64,000 bases of DNA from the human T2T-CHM13v2.0 reference genome, Homo sapiens, in NCBI RefSeq assembly GCF_009914755.1, contig NC_060938.1; one strand, given 5' to 3'. Positions 1-12,887 of the stretch are shown here, one piece after another. How positions within the stretch are numbered: the stretch's first letter is position 1; each line of letters starts with the position of its first letter. The translations under genes were made by a program, and so were the position numbers. The notes below the pieces were generated by a model. That model searched no databases, had not been told where the DNA came from, and saw only the letters and a list, made by a program, of their open reading frames with translations.

Positions 1-289
1 GGCACCAGCATCTGCTCAGTATCTGGAGGGGCCTCAGGGAGATTTTACTCATGGCAGAAGGCGGAGCATGCATCTCACACGGGGAGAATGGAAGCAAGAG
101 GGAGTGGGAGGAGGTATTTCATACCTTAAACAGCCAGATCTCCTGAGAACTCACTACTGCGAGGACAGCACCAAGCCATGCAGCATCTACCTCCATGAAC
201 CAAACACCTCCCATCCAGTACCACCTTTGATATTGGGGATTGCATTTCTACATGAGATTTGGGCAGGGACAAATATCCAAACTGTATCA
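1..289 (-). mobile_element. MaLR LTR (MST family, MSTB-like), cut by window edge
   Basis: Ends ...catgagatttgggcagggacaaatatccaaactgtatca, the reverse complement of the MST/THE1 LTR 5' terminus; MST-type internal motifs (gaggacagcaccaagcc). Confidence 0.85.
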
Positions 290-3200
290 CTGACGTCTCA
301 AATTATACTTTTGTTTTCTAAAGGTATAGAGCTTATTTTGGTCTTACTGTCTTTAGTGTATAGATCATATTTCCCCGCTCTCTGTATAACTCTTATTCTT
401 CCTTCAAAATTCTGCTCAGTAAATACAGCTTTAAATCTCATCTCTTTCTTCCTCTCATCCCTCCGTATGCTGATTAGGGAAAAAGAATCCTTTCAAAATA
501 ATACTTATTTCAAAAATTCACAATTGCTTAGGAAAAATAATTATTTCTACTACATATATAACAGTTTGTAATTTGCATCAAATTCCACATAATAGCTGGA
601 ATAGAATAGCTTCTATTAAGAGGTAAATGGAAATCATATTTTTAAAAAGTATTAGTTAATCTCATTATGTCCTTGGTAATAATTAATCTAAGTCACATTT
701 GGAAAAGTATGAATAATTGCCAAATACTTTAAAAATTATATTTTCTTAACAAATTTATATAAAATATTTATTTACAGCAATATACTTAAATAGATTATTC
801 TACTGAGTTGCAAGTCATACTGAATACTAACTTCTCGGGCAAAAAACAACTGTCTTCAATTTAACATATGGAGTAGCATTTTATTACTCTAAAACTTATT
901 TACAAGATATTTTTACATATTAATTTGAAGACCAGATCATTGCTACCAAACTAGTAACTCCCCCTATTTTAGGTGTCATATTTGTCTATGAAATCAAATG
1001 CTTTTTGTAATACGAATATCTCTGCCCTCAATAAAGTGAGTTCTGTGGGTTAAGTTCTGTGGGTTGAACGAAGTTTCTATGCAAAAAAGGCTAAGTTTTT
1101 TTTTTTTGGCCTTAGCAAAAAATATTGTTGAAAATTTATATTTTTAGTATTTTGTTACATCCAATAATTTGGCAGGGAGGCGGGAGATGGTGCATCGAAA
1201 TCAAGTGTACATTCCATAGTTCTGTTTCATATACAAGGGGAGCTACTGAAACCAAGTCACGTAAAGGTAAATTATTGCTTATTGGAAGAAATTTAAAAGC
1301 AGCAAAACAAAACAAAAGCCACAGTGCACATATTTCCCCACTGTTCCATTGTAATACAGAGAGATATACTTCAACTGAGTATTGCTGAACCAGTTGAACC
1401 ACAGAGAAAGCTTCAGAAGAGGAACTGAATCCACGTAAAACTGCATATTTGTAAAGAAAGCAGGGCAGAAGACATCTGGGAGACTGGGATCTCCTTGATC
1501 TAGAAAAGGGACTTGTTAAATAAGGGGAACTTCTGAAACTCAGTGCTTCTACCAAATTGTTTTACTTTGAGCTAACTCAGGTTTGCTGTGGCAGCTCCTT
1601 GATAATCAAAGAAAGGGAAAGCAGTGAGCCTTCAGGGCATCATTCTGATCTTTATATAACACTGAATTTCATTTAAAAACCTCTAAAATGCAGTTTTTAA
1701 TAATTTCATAGTGCAAAGTTATGTTGAGTAAATAAACACATGTATAAACAAGTGTTCAACATCTATACCTCTTTGGCCAGACTCATTTAGATTAAGGTGT
1801 TTGGCTAATTTATTATTTCTAGTTCATTGAGGATTAATTCATTTATGAAGATAAATAATTTTCATTGTGATTGTATAAAAGAACAAAATGGAAGCAATGT
1901 AATTAAAATTTGCTTTGGAGATATTTTCAATAACGGGAAATTGGTTATTAAAACTTACAGTATAAATAACAAATTAGATCACTTTGAAAAGAGGTTTGGA
2001 AAGTTTTCTTGAAATTGTGTTATGCATGGCAAGTCAGTTTCAATGAGATTGTATATATATTTATATATATAAAATACTTTTTAAAACCCTAACAATGTTG
2101 GGTATAATTTTATTTAACAAAGAATTACATTGCTTAATTCACATATTAAATTCTAGGAACTTAGATCACTTCTGAGCTCTGCATTTTTTTCCAGGCATCT
2201 GGTACAATAAGATCACCAGAGTGCTGCCATTGTTCTTACTTCCTCTTTTTCTCCTACCAGGTTATTTAAATGCTCTCCCATTCTTGAAAAATAGAAATTG
2301 TATTTTCTTTTGTACAGGAAGACACATCCATTAGAAAGTTCCCTTAAATTGATATTTGCCTCCCTTCTCAATCCTCAATTCTAGCAAAGCTAATTATCCA
2401 ATCTTGGCATCTGTGAAGAGAGCTCTAGCTTCTGAGCGCAGTCTGCAGAAAAGTGATCTGTGCTGTCACAGAGATAGTAACAACTTTTTATTCCAGGAGT
2501 TCAAGGTCTGAGAACTTTTAGGACAACCTTCATTAGTCATGAATTGCCAACTCGAGTTCTAGTTTCTTTTCCATGTTGGTGTCTAGGACTTGGAAATCTT
2601 TACAGCATTCTGAAGCCACTGAGAGGGCACTGGAGGACGTTCCTATAGATTGTTAAATTACACAAAGTGGTTGTTGTTTTAGGCTATTTTTAGAGTTTAC
2701 AATGTCACCAAATAAATACCATCACAGCTCTAGCTCCAGTGATTTTCCTGATATGCAATGAATGCTTTGATTTTTTTTCCCAAAAGTGTATTTCAAAGAA
2801 TGTGATAACTCCAACTATGGTAGTTCTTTGGTCTCTTTGTATTGCAATCAGTGGAGGGCTTTTTTTTCCCCCCAAACATTTATTTTAATGTCTATAAAAG
2901 TGGTCTTTTCAACGAAGTGGTGGACCATGTCGTTGAATGTAATGTGTCCTTTATTTTTTCAGTGTGAGAGCAGTTAATAGTTTTATCAGAAGAGAGTAAT
3001 ATATTGAACTTATTTTCTTTCTTTTTAAAAAATATTTTCAGATTTATTTTTGAAAATTTTCTACCGGATGAATTTAAACTATTTTTTCTTTGCATCCAAA
3101 ATGCAAATTTTGGGATAAGTTTTCTTATTTCTTAAATTACCACAGGGATTTTAAGAAAATACCATAAGAGTTTTAAAGGCCAGTACTTTGGAAAGTGTTC

Positions 3201-4148
3201 TGCCACACCTCATGTGCAGATCATGGATATGCAGCTACCCATGGCAGAAAATTAATAGACCATCTTAATGACCCTCTGATTTTTCCTGTTGCTCAAGCAG
3301 CTGACTCAATCCCCAACAGCTATAATTAAATAGAGCAATCTGTCAAGGAAGATAGCTGTTCTTGTTAATTTGGTAAACCACCATATTCGCTTTTCCTATT
3401 ACGCTCTGTGGCTGACACACAGTCTTTAGAGCTTTTTGCCAAAGCAAACTGCCAGGGATTAAAACTCTAAGCAAGCACCCTGTAGAGTACAGTTGAAGAT
3501 GCTGGAGAATTGTGGCTTCACCTCGCTATTTTCAGTTTTGAAACTAGATATTCTTGGGGCAAATACAATAAAGAAATATGATTATGTTTTTAAGTTGAAA
3601 AAAATACCACAAGTTTCTAGCATTATGTTGTTGTCTTCTGTAACTGAATCTCACAATGGATCAGTTGGAAGCTACTCTTTCATAATACTGGAGAGAGGTG
3701 CGTCAAGCAGTTCGTTCACCTGAAAACTATTATCAGGTAAGTCAAATTCTTTTGTTAAATGGACACCTCTTATTCTTTGGTGCCCTCACAGCTTTCCTCC
3801 ATTATAGCCCTCACCTATAGTCCACTTTGAGCAGGCAGGTCCTTCTTGTCTGAAAACCAACTTACACGAAACAGAAATAGTTTAATTCAGAAACAGGACC
3901 AATGCGTATGCATAGGTGTGAACATAGAGCAAAATACTTTGCAGCACACTTACCACGTAATGTCTATGTTTCGGTTGTGGTAGGTAAACAGCAGTGACAA
4001 TCAGAAGAAGGTTAACACTTTCTAGTTAAAATAACCTCTAAGATTTACACACTGAATATATACAATTGCTGAGTTGATGTTGCAACTAGAGGTTTTATGA
4101 CATCCTTATCTTCTTGATTGAGATTTTCACAAATAAAATGAGAATTAT

Positions 4149-4539
<391 letters not shown>

Positions 4540-6567
4540 TTACTCCTCTTGTTCTTCCTTATCTGTAAAATTTAAGCTCCCAGGTAATGACAAGTGTATC
4601 ATTTATTTTCCTTCTTGTCTTCTACTACCACAGTTTGCCGTCCAGCTATCAGTTAATTTCTAACTTTGCTCATCACAATTTTTAAAACCAGAAAATAAGG
4701 CAATTATTGGATGTAGAAATATGTTCCACATCTCTTGAAATATTAGAACTCAAAACCAGAAACTCAAAAAATTGCCGTTTGTCTGTGCAAAAGTTTGTCC
4801 TTAACTTTATGTTAAAAATCAGAGCTCCTATGCTTTGTCCCATTTTAAAAACATCCTCTTATTAAAAACCACTTTATTAAGGATGTTCCATTACAGGAGA
4901 AGAAAACTGGCCCTCTAAATGAAATATATGTGTTTCATACATTTTCACTGGCAATGGCTGGACAGGAAAATCAATTTTAATGAACATTTTCTGGGCATTT
5001 CTGGGTCATTATGACTGTACTTTGGTTGTAAGAGCTAGAAAAATATGTTGGCAGACACAAAGTGACACGTAAATTTATTTTTTATAAATAATTTTAGAAA
5101 TGCTGCATAAACTTTCATCCCTAGTAAGATAAATCCCCAACAAAGCAATTTTATAATACCTGGTACCCTGATTGCCCAAGCAATAGACTTGTATGAGTAA
5201 TGAGTGGCTTATTAGTTATGCCACTGTGCACTTTAATGTTTCTTAAGTATCCTGGATGAAAAGACAAATTTTAGAAAATTTCTCCAGAGAAAAACTTTAT
5301 GTTTGAAAAAACTTGAAAATTGTGTATGTATGGTATCCATTGAAAGCCAGATTTGAACATTTTACATTACTCAGTGACCTTTTAACCGAAAGAACAAAAG
5401 TGAAGACATTCAAAGACAATAATAATCCAAAAACAATAACCAGCATTCAAAGACAATAGTCAGCCAAATGATTTAGTTGCTTTTCTCTATCTCCAAACAT
5501 CTGTTGGTCTGTTTCAATCATTTTTGGACACTCTCTGTTTTATTGCTCCAATTTATTGTCATTGCTATGGAATTAAACATATAAAATGCTCTTTTTAAAC
5601 CTAAGTTATTGGGGTGATATTTCAGAGTATTGCCAAGAAGGCTGTGGGATCAACTGGGGAAGATGTGATGATTAGAAACCCAGTGTCAGGCTTGAAACTT
5701 TTAGGCAGGTGGTAACTTTCCAACCAATCTTTCCAATTCATGCATTACTTGGATCAATAAAAAGAATCCTAGGAAAGAGAGCATCTGTTTCACCACTTTA
5801 TGTCACGTGCTCACCCCTGGACTTCAGATGGGCAAGATGCTTCAAATATGGAGCCACCCTACTCCCACAAAATGAAATGGAAAAGAGAAAGGAGGTGTGA
5901 TGTAAGGAAGTGGGGTGAAAAGAAAACTGTATAACCAATTAACAACAGCAGTATCCAACAACAAATATTCACTATCGCTCAGTTTCTGAGGTGCTGAGTT
6001 TAACAACATGTTATTTAATATTAAAAAATACTTAGCTGCTTTTTATTTTGCAAGGGTGAGATTTCTGAGTTTTAAATTATTTATCTATTTAGACAATCAA
6101 GTAGGAGGAATACAAATGTCCTTTTGCATCACCCTAAACAAGAATCAATAAAATAACCCCCCGCCAAATGCTTTGCTTGTATGTAGAGGCTTTCGCTGGT
6201 TACAAAGCATTTTAGCACCTATTATCTTATTTGTCTCTATTCAATCATAAGTTTAGTGGTAAATGCATGGCTTTTTGTATTATTTTACAGATGAAAATGA
6301 CTCGATAATCAGAAAAATAGCTCTAAATGTAGAAAGGGCAATTCAAGAAATAGAAACAATACTGTGTTTTCACAGAGGTAGGGAAATAAACAGAGAGGGC
6401 TGAATCACTAGGTGCTCCATGAGACTCTAGCATGCTATGTGTTTTTGCAGTTACTGAAATGTTCACGCAAAGACAAATCACAGACAATCAGAAACGTTTA
6501 GGGTGGCTTGGCAAAAAGAGAAGACTTTAAATGAAGAAAATGTTATATTCAACCTTTAAATCACTTG

Positions 6568-6846
6568 GCTAGGCAGGGTGCGATGGCTCACACCTGTAGT
6601 CCCAGCATTTTAGGATCGCTTGAGGCCAGGAGTTTGAAACCAGGCCAGAAAAAACGGCCAAACCCTGTCTCTAGAAAAAAAAAATAACTGGATGTGGTAG
6701 CATTTGCCTTTGGGCCCACCTACTCTGGAGGATGAGGTGGGAGGATCATCTGAGCTGGAGGAGGTTGAAGCTGTAGTGAGAGGAGATTACGCCATTGCCC
6801 TCCAGCCTGGGCACAGAGTGAAACTCTGTCTCAATAAATAGATAAA
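6568..6846 (+). mobile_element. AluJ with deletion in left arm
   Basis: Diverged Alu flanked by 11-bp TSD taaatcacttg (6557-6567 and 6847-6857). Confidence 0.9.
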
Positions 6847-7329
6847 TAAATCACTTGCACCCTTGGATACATGAAACTTTGGTCTTTTTTTTTTTTTTCC
6901 ATCCATGAAGTCCATCTTAACCAGCATTGCTTTTATAACCTTCCTTGCATGCTGAATGTATTCTGTAGTCTTTCAGTATGTTTGTATTTTGTATACTATG
7001 TAGTCAAAATTTAATATGGAGAGTATTTCCCAGATGAGAAAATACAAATCTATATCCAGTGTATTGTTGAAGATATAATTTCAGATGGTAGCCAAAACCC
7101 AGAAACGATTACTTACCCTTGGCTGATTAGTCAGAAAACAAATTTCCAATCTTTCTGGGATGTAAGCTAAAATCCAAACATTTGCTAGTTTTAATAGAAA
7201 ACTGAATTTCTCCTTGATGTTACATAACATAGAACCAAATACATATTTACTTTCAAGCAGATATATAACTGATTTTGCAGAGAAACTACCTTTCTGATCA
7301 AACGTTTCAATTTTTAAAGTTTCTAATTT

Positions 7330-8580
7330 CAATATTCAGTAGACACAAAGTGTTATTTATAAAATTTACATAATTTAGAAAAAATAATGTTACAATGATC
7401 AGCAGTGTACTTACCACTTAATTTAAATTAAGAAACTATTATCATTTTTGAAGATCCTTTATGCCCCATTCCAATCTACTTCCTTTCTTCTTCAGAGGTA
7501 ACCATTATCCTAAATTTTACACTTTTTATTTTTTGCTTTTCTTGGTAGCATTATCACATATGTTAGTATTATTACATGTCACATATGCTAGTAGCCCTAA
7601 ACACTTTTTTTCATTTTTTGCATTTCTAACTTTATAAAAAGAGAATCACAATGCATTCATTCTGCATTTTTTTTTTGACTGAGCATTCTTTTAGATTTTT
7701 GCTTTATGGTACTTGTAACTATAATTCTTTAATTTTTCTAGCTGGGTAGTGTTATGAAGACAATAATTTATTTATCCTTTGTCATTTTTCCATTTATTTG
7801 CTAACACAAAATGGAATATTGTGAAATTTTTGGAGGTGTCTCCCAGTGCACATAAGAAGTTGATCCTCTAAGGTAAATACCTAGGATTGGAATTGCTGTT
7901 TTATTGATATTTGCATCTTCAAATTTAGTTTGAAAATGCCTATAATAGTTTGGGTTCTTGAGAAGCAGGCCATGAAACAAGGAACCAAGTATGAGTAGTT
8001 TATCTGGAAGGTGATCCCAGAAAAAAGATATACAAAAGGAAACAAATTCAGTCATTATTCAGCTAGTAATGGGTGAATTTTCAAGGAAGTTACCATTGTG
8101 GATAACTGGTACTTAATGCTACTGAGAACCTGTCATAACCAGTGTAGCATGTGACTGGGCTTCAGAAATATCCAGCCCTAAGTGTGGGGGAGCTGGAGCA
8201 TTTATATACCAACTTTCCTGTTACTGGTTGAACGCTGCTCCGAGGGCCATTAATTCTCTAGCACTGCTGGCCTGCCCTGCCTGTGTGCTGTGCTGTGCAT
8301 TCCTGGAGTGGGTATATGTAGATAAAACTCTCATGCAAAAATATGCAGATGCTGGCAACTGGAAGCCAAGCTTACTTGCAACAAAATGGTGGGGCCAGAG
8401 AAGATAGCACAAAAACATCTGTTAAGTGTTGATTTTCTCTTTCTCCAAAGCATTGTAAAAAGTCACATGTTAAAAATATTCAGATTATGCTACATTGTCA
8501 ACAACATTTGACATTATCAATTTTTTTCTATTTTAAATCTGTTGAAATGAAATGATATTAATCCCTGGATTTCCATCATC
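7330..8580 (-). mobile_element. Old L1M (L1ME-like) 3' region, interrupted by an LTR
   Basis: gtaaatacctaggattggaattgctg matches the antisense of the L1 ORF2 C-terminal [10 protein letters not shown] region (ORF 7801-8055 contains TAIPILGIYLR); highly diverged. Confidence 0.55.
7940..8425 (-). mobile_element. ERVL LTR (LTR33-like)
   Basis: gggttcttgagaagcagg...gtagtttatctggaaggtgatcccag and gagctggagcatttatataccaact resemble the LTR33 antisense consensus. Confidence 0.6.
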
Positions 8581-8599
8581 TCTTAAAGTTTTGTTATGC

Positions 8600-8905
8600 A
8601 GCGGCAGTATGGACAATATTTCCAAGAAGACGTTATGTGAATAGAAGGAAAGCAATGGGGCAGGAGAAAGAGATAGGAGAAATACGTGTAAAGAAATTTT
8701 TTTGTTCTTAAAAGTAGGGATAAACAACAGTATGTCTGCTTCCTTTTAAGAACTATCCAGTAGAATGGGAGAACTTATGATGCAAGTCAAAGAAAGAGTC
8801 GATGGAAAGATTTCCTCGGTACATTAAAAAGATGGAATCTAGTGCACCAACAAAAGTTTTGTTTTTAGCTAGGAGCATGGGTAATTTTCCCTTAGCAACT
8901 GGAGG
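8600..8905 (-). mobile_element. L2 fragment
   Basis: gatggaatctagtgcacc...agctaggagcatgggtaatt...tagcaactggagga resembles antisense L2 internal sequence. Confidence 0.5.
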
Positions 8906-9958
8906 AAATTCCCCAGTCAAGCCATCTGAACCATGATTTTTCTTTTTGGGAGGATTTTAAAGTACAAATTCAATCTGCCATAAATTTAGGGATATTCAAG
9001 TTATTGATTTCTCTGAAGTGAGTTTTCCTGATTTTTCTCTTTGAAGGAATTTGTCTACTTCATCTCAGGTTTTAAATGTATTAACATAAAGTTGTTTATA
9101 CCTTTATTGTTATTTTTAATCTCTGTAGAATCTGTTGTGGTGCCTAATATGTCTTCCCTAATACAAGTTGAGTTCCTCTTATCTGAAATGTTTGGGACCA
9201 GAGATTTTTGGGCTTTACATTTATTTTTTGATTTTGGAATATTTGTATAGACAATCGGAGTTATCTTAAGAATAAAACCCAACTCTAAAAATGAAATTCA
9301 TTTATGTTTCATGTATGCCTTATTACACATTGCCTGAATATAACTTTATACAACATTTTAAATAATTTTATATATGAAACAAAGTTTGTTTGCATTAAAC
9401 CATCAGAAACTAAACGTTTCATTATCTCAGCCACCCATAAGGACAATCTGTGGTTGTGTGACATCACCATCGTTCCTGACACTGAATTTATATGTTACTA
9501 ATAAGCAATCATTTTCTTATAATAATTCATACGTAAGTACTGAATGGTAAAAAAATATGTCATACCACTAATACAGTGAAAAAATAATAGGTGCAGGGTA
9601 ACTAAGCAGCACAGCTTCATCTCCAGAATCCTTGTGTCAGCTGTCAAACAACAGCAATAAAGCAATAACAAACAATGGCAGGCTTTCAGTCTCTAGTTAC
9701 AATTCTGTGTTTTAATTAAAAGGTTATGGTAGAATGCCTTTTTTTTTTTTGAGAAGAAACATCAGAAGCAGTTGAGGGACCAGGAGGTGGTTCGTTTAGG
9801 AGGCATTCTTCTGGGTGATTTTTAAAATATTTTCCCCAGAGTTATCTGACTAATTAACAATAGGTTTTGTCTTAGAAGTCCCTCTTTGATTTTATAACCT
9901 GGCATAATTTCTTGTACTTGTCTTCAATAAGCCCATCACACATTTTCATCATGTTATC

Positions 9959-10364
9959 TGCATTAGTCCTTTTTTGCATTGTTATAAAGGTATACCTGGG
10001 ACTAGGTAATTTAAAATGAAAAGAGGCTTAATTGGCTCATGGTTCTGCAGGCTTTGCAGGAAGTATGGTGCTGCCATCTGCCCGATTTCTGATGAAGTCT
10101 CAGGGAACTTTCAATGGCAGAAGATGAAGAGGAAAGCCAGTGTCTCACACGGCTGAAGCAGGAGCAAAAGAGAGACAGTGGGAGGGGAGGTGCCACACAC
10201 ATTGAAATCACCAGATCTCGTGAGAACTCATTATCATGAAGACAGCACCAAGCCATGAGTGATCTGCCCCATGATCCAAACACTTCCTGCCTGAACCCAC
10301 CTCCAGCATTGGGGATTACATTCAACATGAGATTTGGGTGGGGACAAATATACAAAATATATCG
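9959..10364 (-). mobile_element. Solo MSTB-like MaLR LTR inserted in Tigger4
   Basis: Complete LTR with 5-bp TSD ttatc (9954-9958 and 10365-10369). Confidence 0.9.
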
Positions 10365-10369
10365 TTATC

Positions 10370-11830
10370 TCTAGGCGCTTTTTCTGCAGTGATAACACCA
10401 TTGTCTTCATCATCTCTGTTATCATTATCACCTTGATTCAGAAGCATTTTGGCAATTTCACCATCAGTCAATGAATGAGCAAATGGACACTTGTTATTAA
10501 TTTTAAAAACTTCTTCAGCATCCACTTCTTACAGCTTACTGACAAGCTGTGAAGGTATATTTTCACATATGTAAAGATGTCGGATGCCATTTTTTCTTCT
10601 CACTTGACATACAAAATTCTTTAAAGTCACTATCTTGTTCATCATCATCACTAAACATAGTCACAGGCCAGAGGTTGTGCTAGCCATGCACAGCTGTGTC
10701 TTTAGTCATTGCGTTTCAAGCATTGACAACAGCATATTTGGCATTCTTCACACTAAACTCCTTTTGAAAACCTTCCACACCCACACCTCTGTTCATTGCT
10801 GCTAGTATAATGTTTAAGAAAATGTTTTTATATGTACTTTACATTGATGTAATAATGCCTTGGTCACATGGCTGAATTAATTAAGTTTCATTCGGGGAAA
10901 AGTGTGTGGCATAAATATGATTTTTGATGAGAATTTCAGCTGGATAATGAGCAGAACCGTTGTTAAGGAATAACAAAATCTTGCATTCATCGTCCAGTTC
11001 AACTTTCCTGCAGGGAGCATGAGCTGTCTGTACAAAATGTGAAACCAAACAGAAAAGATGTCCCTGGTGATCCATGCCTTTTTGTTAGCATAATAATGCA
11101 CTGGTAAGAAATTCCCTCCTTGAAAACAATGAGGATGCAAGTTTTACCTATCGTTGCAAGTTTACACTTATGTTTGCCTGCTGCATTAGCACATTTATTA
11201 CTTACTAGCACAGTTATTCTGTCCTTGACATGCTTAATTCCTGTAAAGGCTGTCTCATCAGCTGCAGTCAGTGTCTGGCCAAGGCAATAATGCCCAAATA
11301 GTGATGTTTCATCGGCATTATAAGCTTGTTCTAATGTCAGATTTTCATCATCAATGAATTTATCTGCTACTTTGTGATCACCACAAACAGCAGATGCTTT
11401 ATCATCACAACTCTTTAGAAATCTAATGCCTTGTCTTTTCTTACATTTCTGCAACCAGCCTGCTGAATATTTATACTTCCCTTCAATTTTCAGTTCACTG
11501 TGATAGATCTTTGCTTGTTTCATGATCAGCACGCCATTAAATGTCAGGCGTTTGCTATGACACTGATGGATTTATTTTTTCAATACCTGATTGATACCTT
11601 TGTTTTTACCTTTATGTAGTGCTTCCATATTTTTCTATTAACTTCTGTTTACCTCTTTCATCATGGAACTTCAATAGTTTATCCGTTTCTTCAAGTTGTA
11701 TATAATAGTCATTTCAACACCATACTCTTCTGTGAGGCATTTCACACTTAACACTGTGCAATTTCTTTAATGGCTTAATTTTTCTGTGCTATAGATAAGC
11801 ATCCTTCCTCTTTTCTTACCATTATTACTC
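10370..11830 (-). pseudogene. Decayed pogo/Tigger transposase (CENP-B-like HTH plus DDE domain), frameshifted
   Basis: ORF 10999-11532 has SAGWLQKCKKRQGI and YNADETSLF...KDRITVLV...NAAGKHKCKL; ORF 10881-11075 has ILLFLNNGSAH...FSPNET. These are typical pogo/TIGD/Jerky-family motifs, split across frames. Confidence 0.85.
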
Positions 11831-12887
11831 ATAGGGGTATTTGCAGACCATGTTGACATTTCAATAGTGTCTCTACACCACAGAGGAGAGGATAAAAGAA
11901 AGAACACAGTGAGTAATGCACAAGGGTCTTGGCCCCACATGAGGAATGGTGAGAAACCTGTTGTCAGCGTGTTTGGCCTGCATATGTGCCATTGTGTACA
12001 TTCTGTTCCCTTTGTGGAAGTGCTTGCATGGGGGAATCTGGGCATGTACAGAAAAGATACATCACAGCTACAGGGGATTGGGAGGGTCTTTTGTCCTTTG
12101 GGGATTATCAATGAAATGTGTGTTTTGACTACGACACATCCCATAAGATGTGAAATTTTCCACCTGTGGTTTTGAATCGATGCTCAAAAAGTTTTATATT
12201 TTGGAGCAATTCAGATTTAATATTTTTACATTAGACATGCTCAATCTTTATTTATAATTTATATCTTCTTATAGTCTGACTAGAGATTTATCAAGGTACT
12301 AAACTTTGCAAATAATTTTTTCATATTTTTTTAATTTATATTTCATCAATTTGCATTTGAATCTTTTAAATTTTCTATTTTGCTTACCTTTTTTAAAATA
12401 TGCTTTTCTTTTTTTCAGTTACTTCATGTGGAATTTAAGGTCACTAAGTTTAGATATTGCTTCTTTTCTAATGTAGTTAATTAGTGCTATGAATTTCCCT
12501 TTTGAGACTGTTGCAACTGCATCTTGTGATCTTTTTTATTTTCATTTGTTTTCATTTTCATTCAGTAAAATTACTTTTTAATATTAATTTCAACTTCTTT
12601 TTTGGACCGTGACAACTTAGAAAAGTATTGTTTCCAAATATTTGAGTATTTCTAGAGAACTTCCAGTTACTGGTTTTTATATTTAGTCCATTTTGTTTAG
12701 ATAATTACTTTGTATAATTTGAGTCCTCTGAAATTTATTGAGTCTTTCCTAATGATCTAAAATATGATCACTATTGATAAGTTCTATGTGAACTTTAAAG
12801 CTATGTGTACACTGCTGTTGTGGAGCGTGCATATAAAGCCTGGTTAGGTCAGGTTTATTAAAGATGGTGCTCAAGTATTCTATATTC

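Larger units (their letters stand above)
9164..12248 (-). mobile_element. Tigger4 (Zombi) DNA transposon, near full length (about 2.7 kb without the nested LTR)
   Basis: TA-flanked degenerate TIRs (ta|caagttgagttcctcttatctgaaa ... catgctcaatctt|ta), Tigger4/MER46-type termini and an internal pogo transposase remnant. Confidence 0.85.

Noticed and set aside
68-571. 167-aa ORF
   Set aside because: The first half is MST LTR sequence and the rest is low-complexity AT-rich DNA; no recognisable domain.
1039-1065. agttctgtgggtt direct repeat (similar micro-duplications at 21757-21780 and about 48310-48336)
   Set aside because: Short adjacent duplications typical of slippage; no further structure.
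1136-1555. 139-aa minus-strand ORF in unique DNA
   Set aside because: No recognisable family or motif, non-ATG listed start and no exon context; cannot be called coding.
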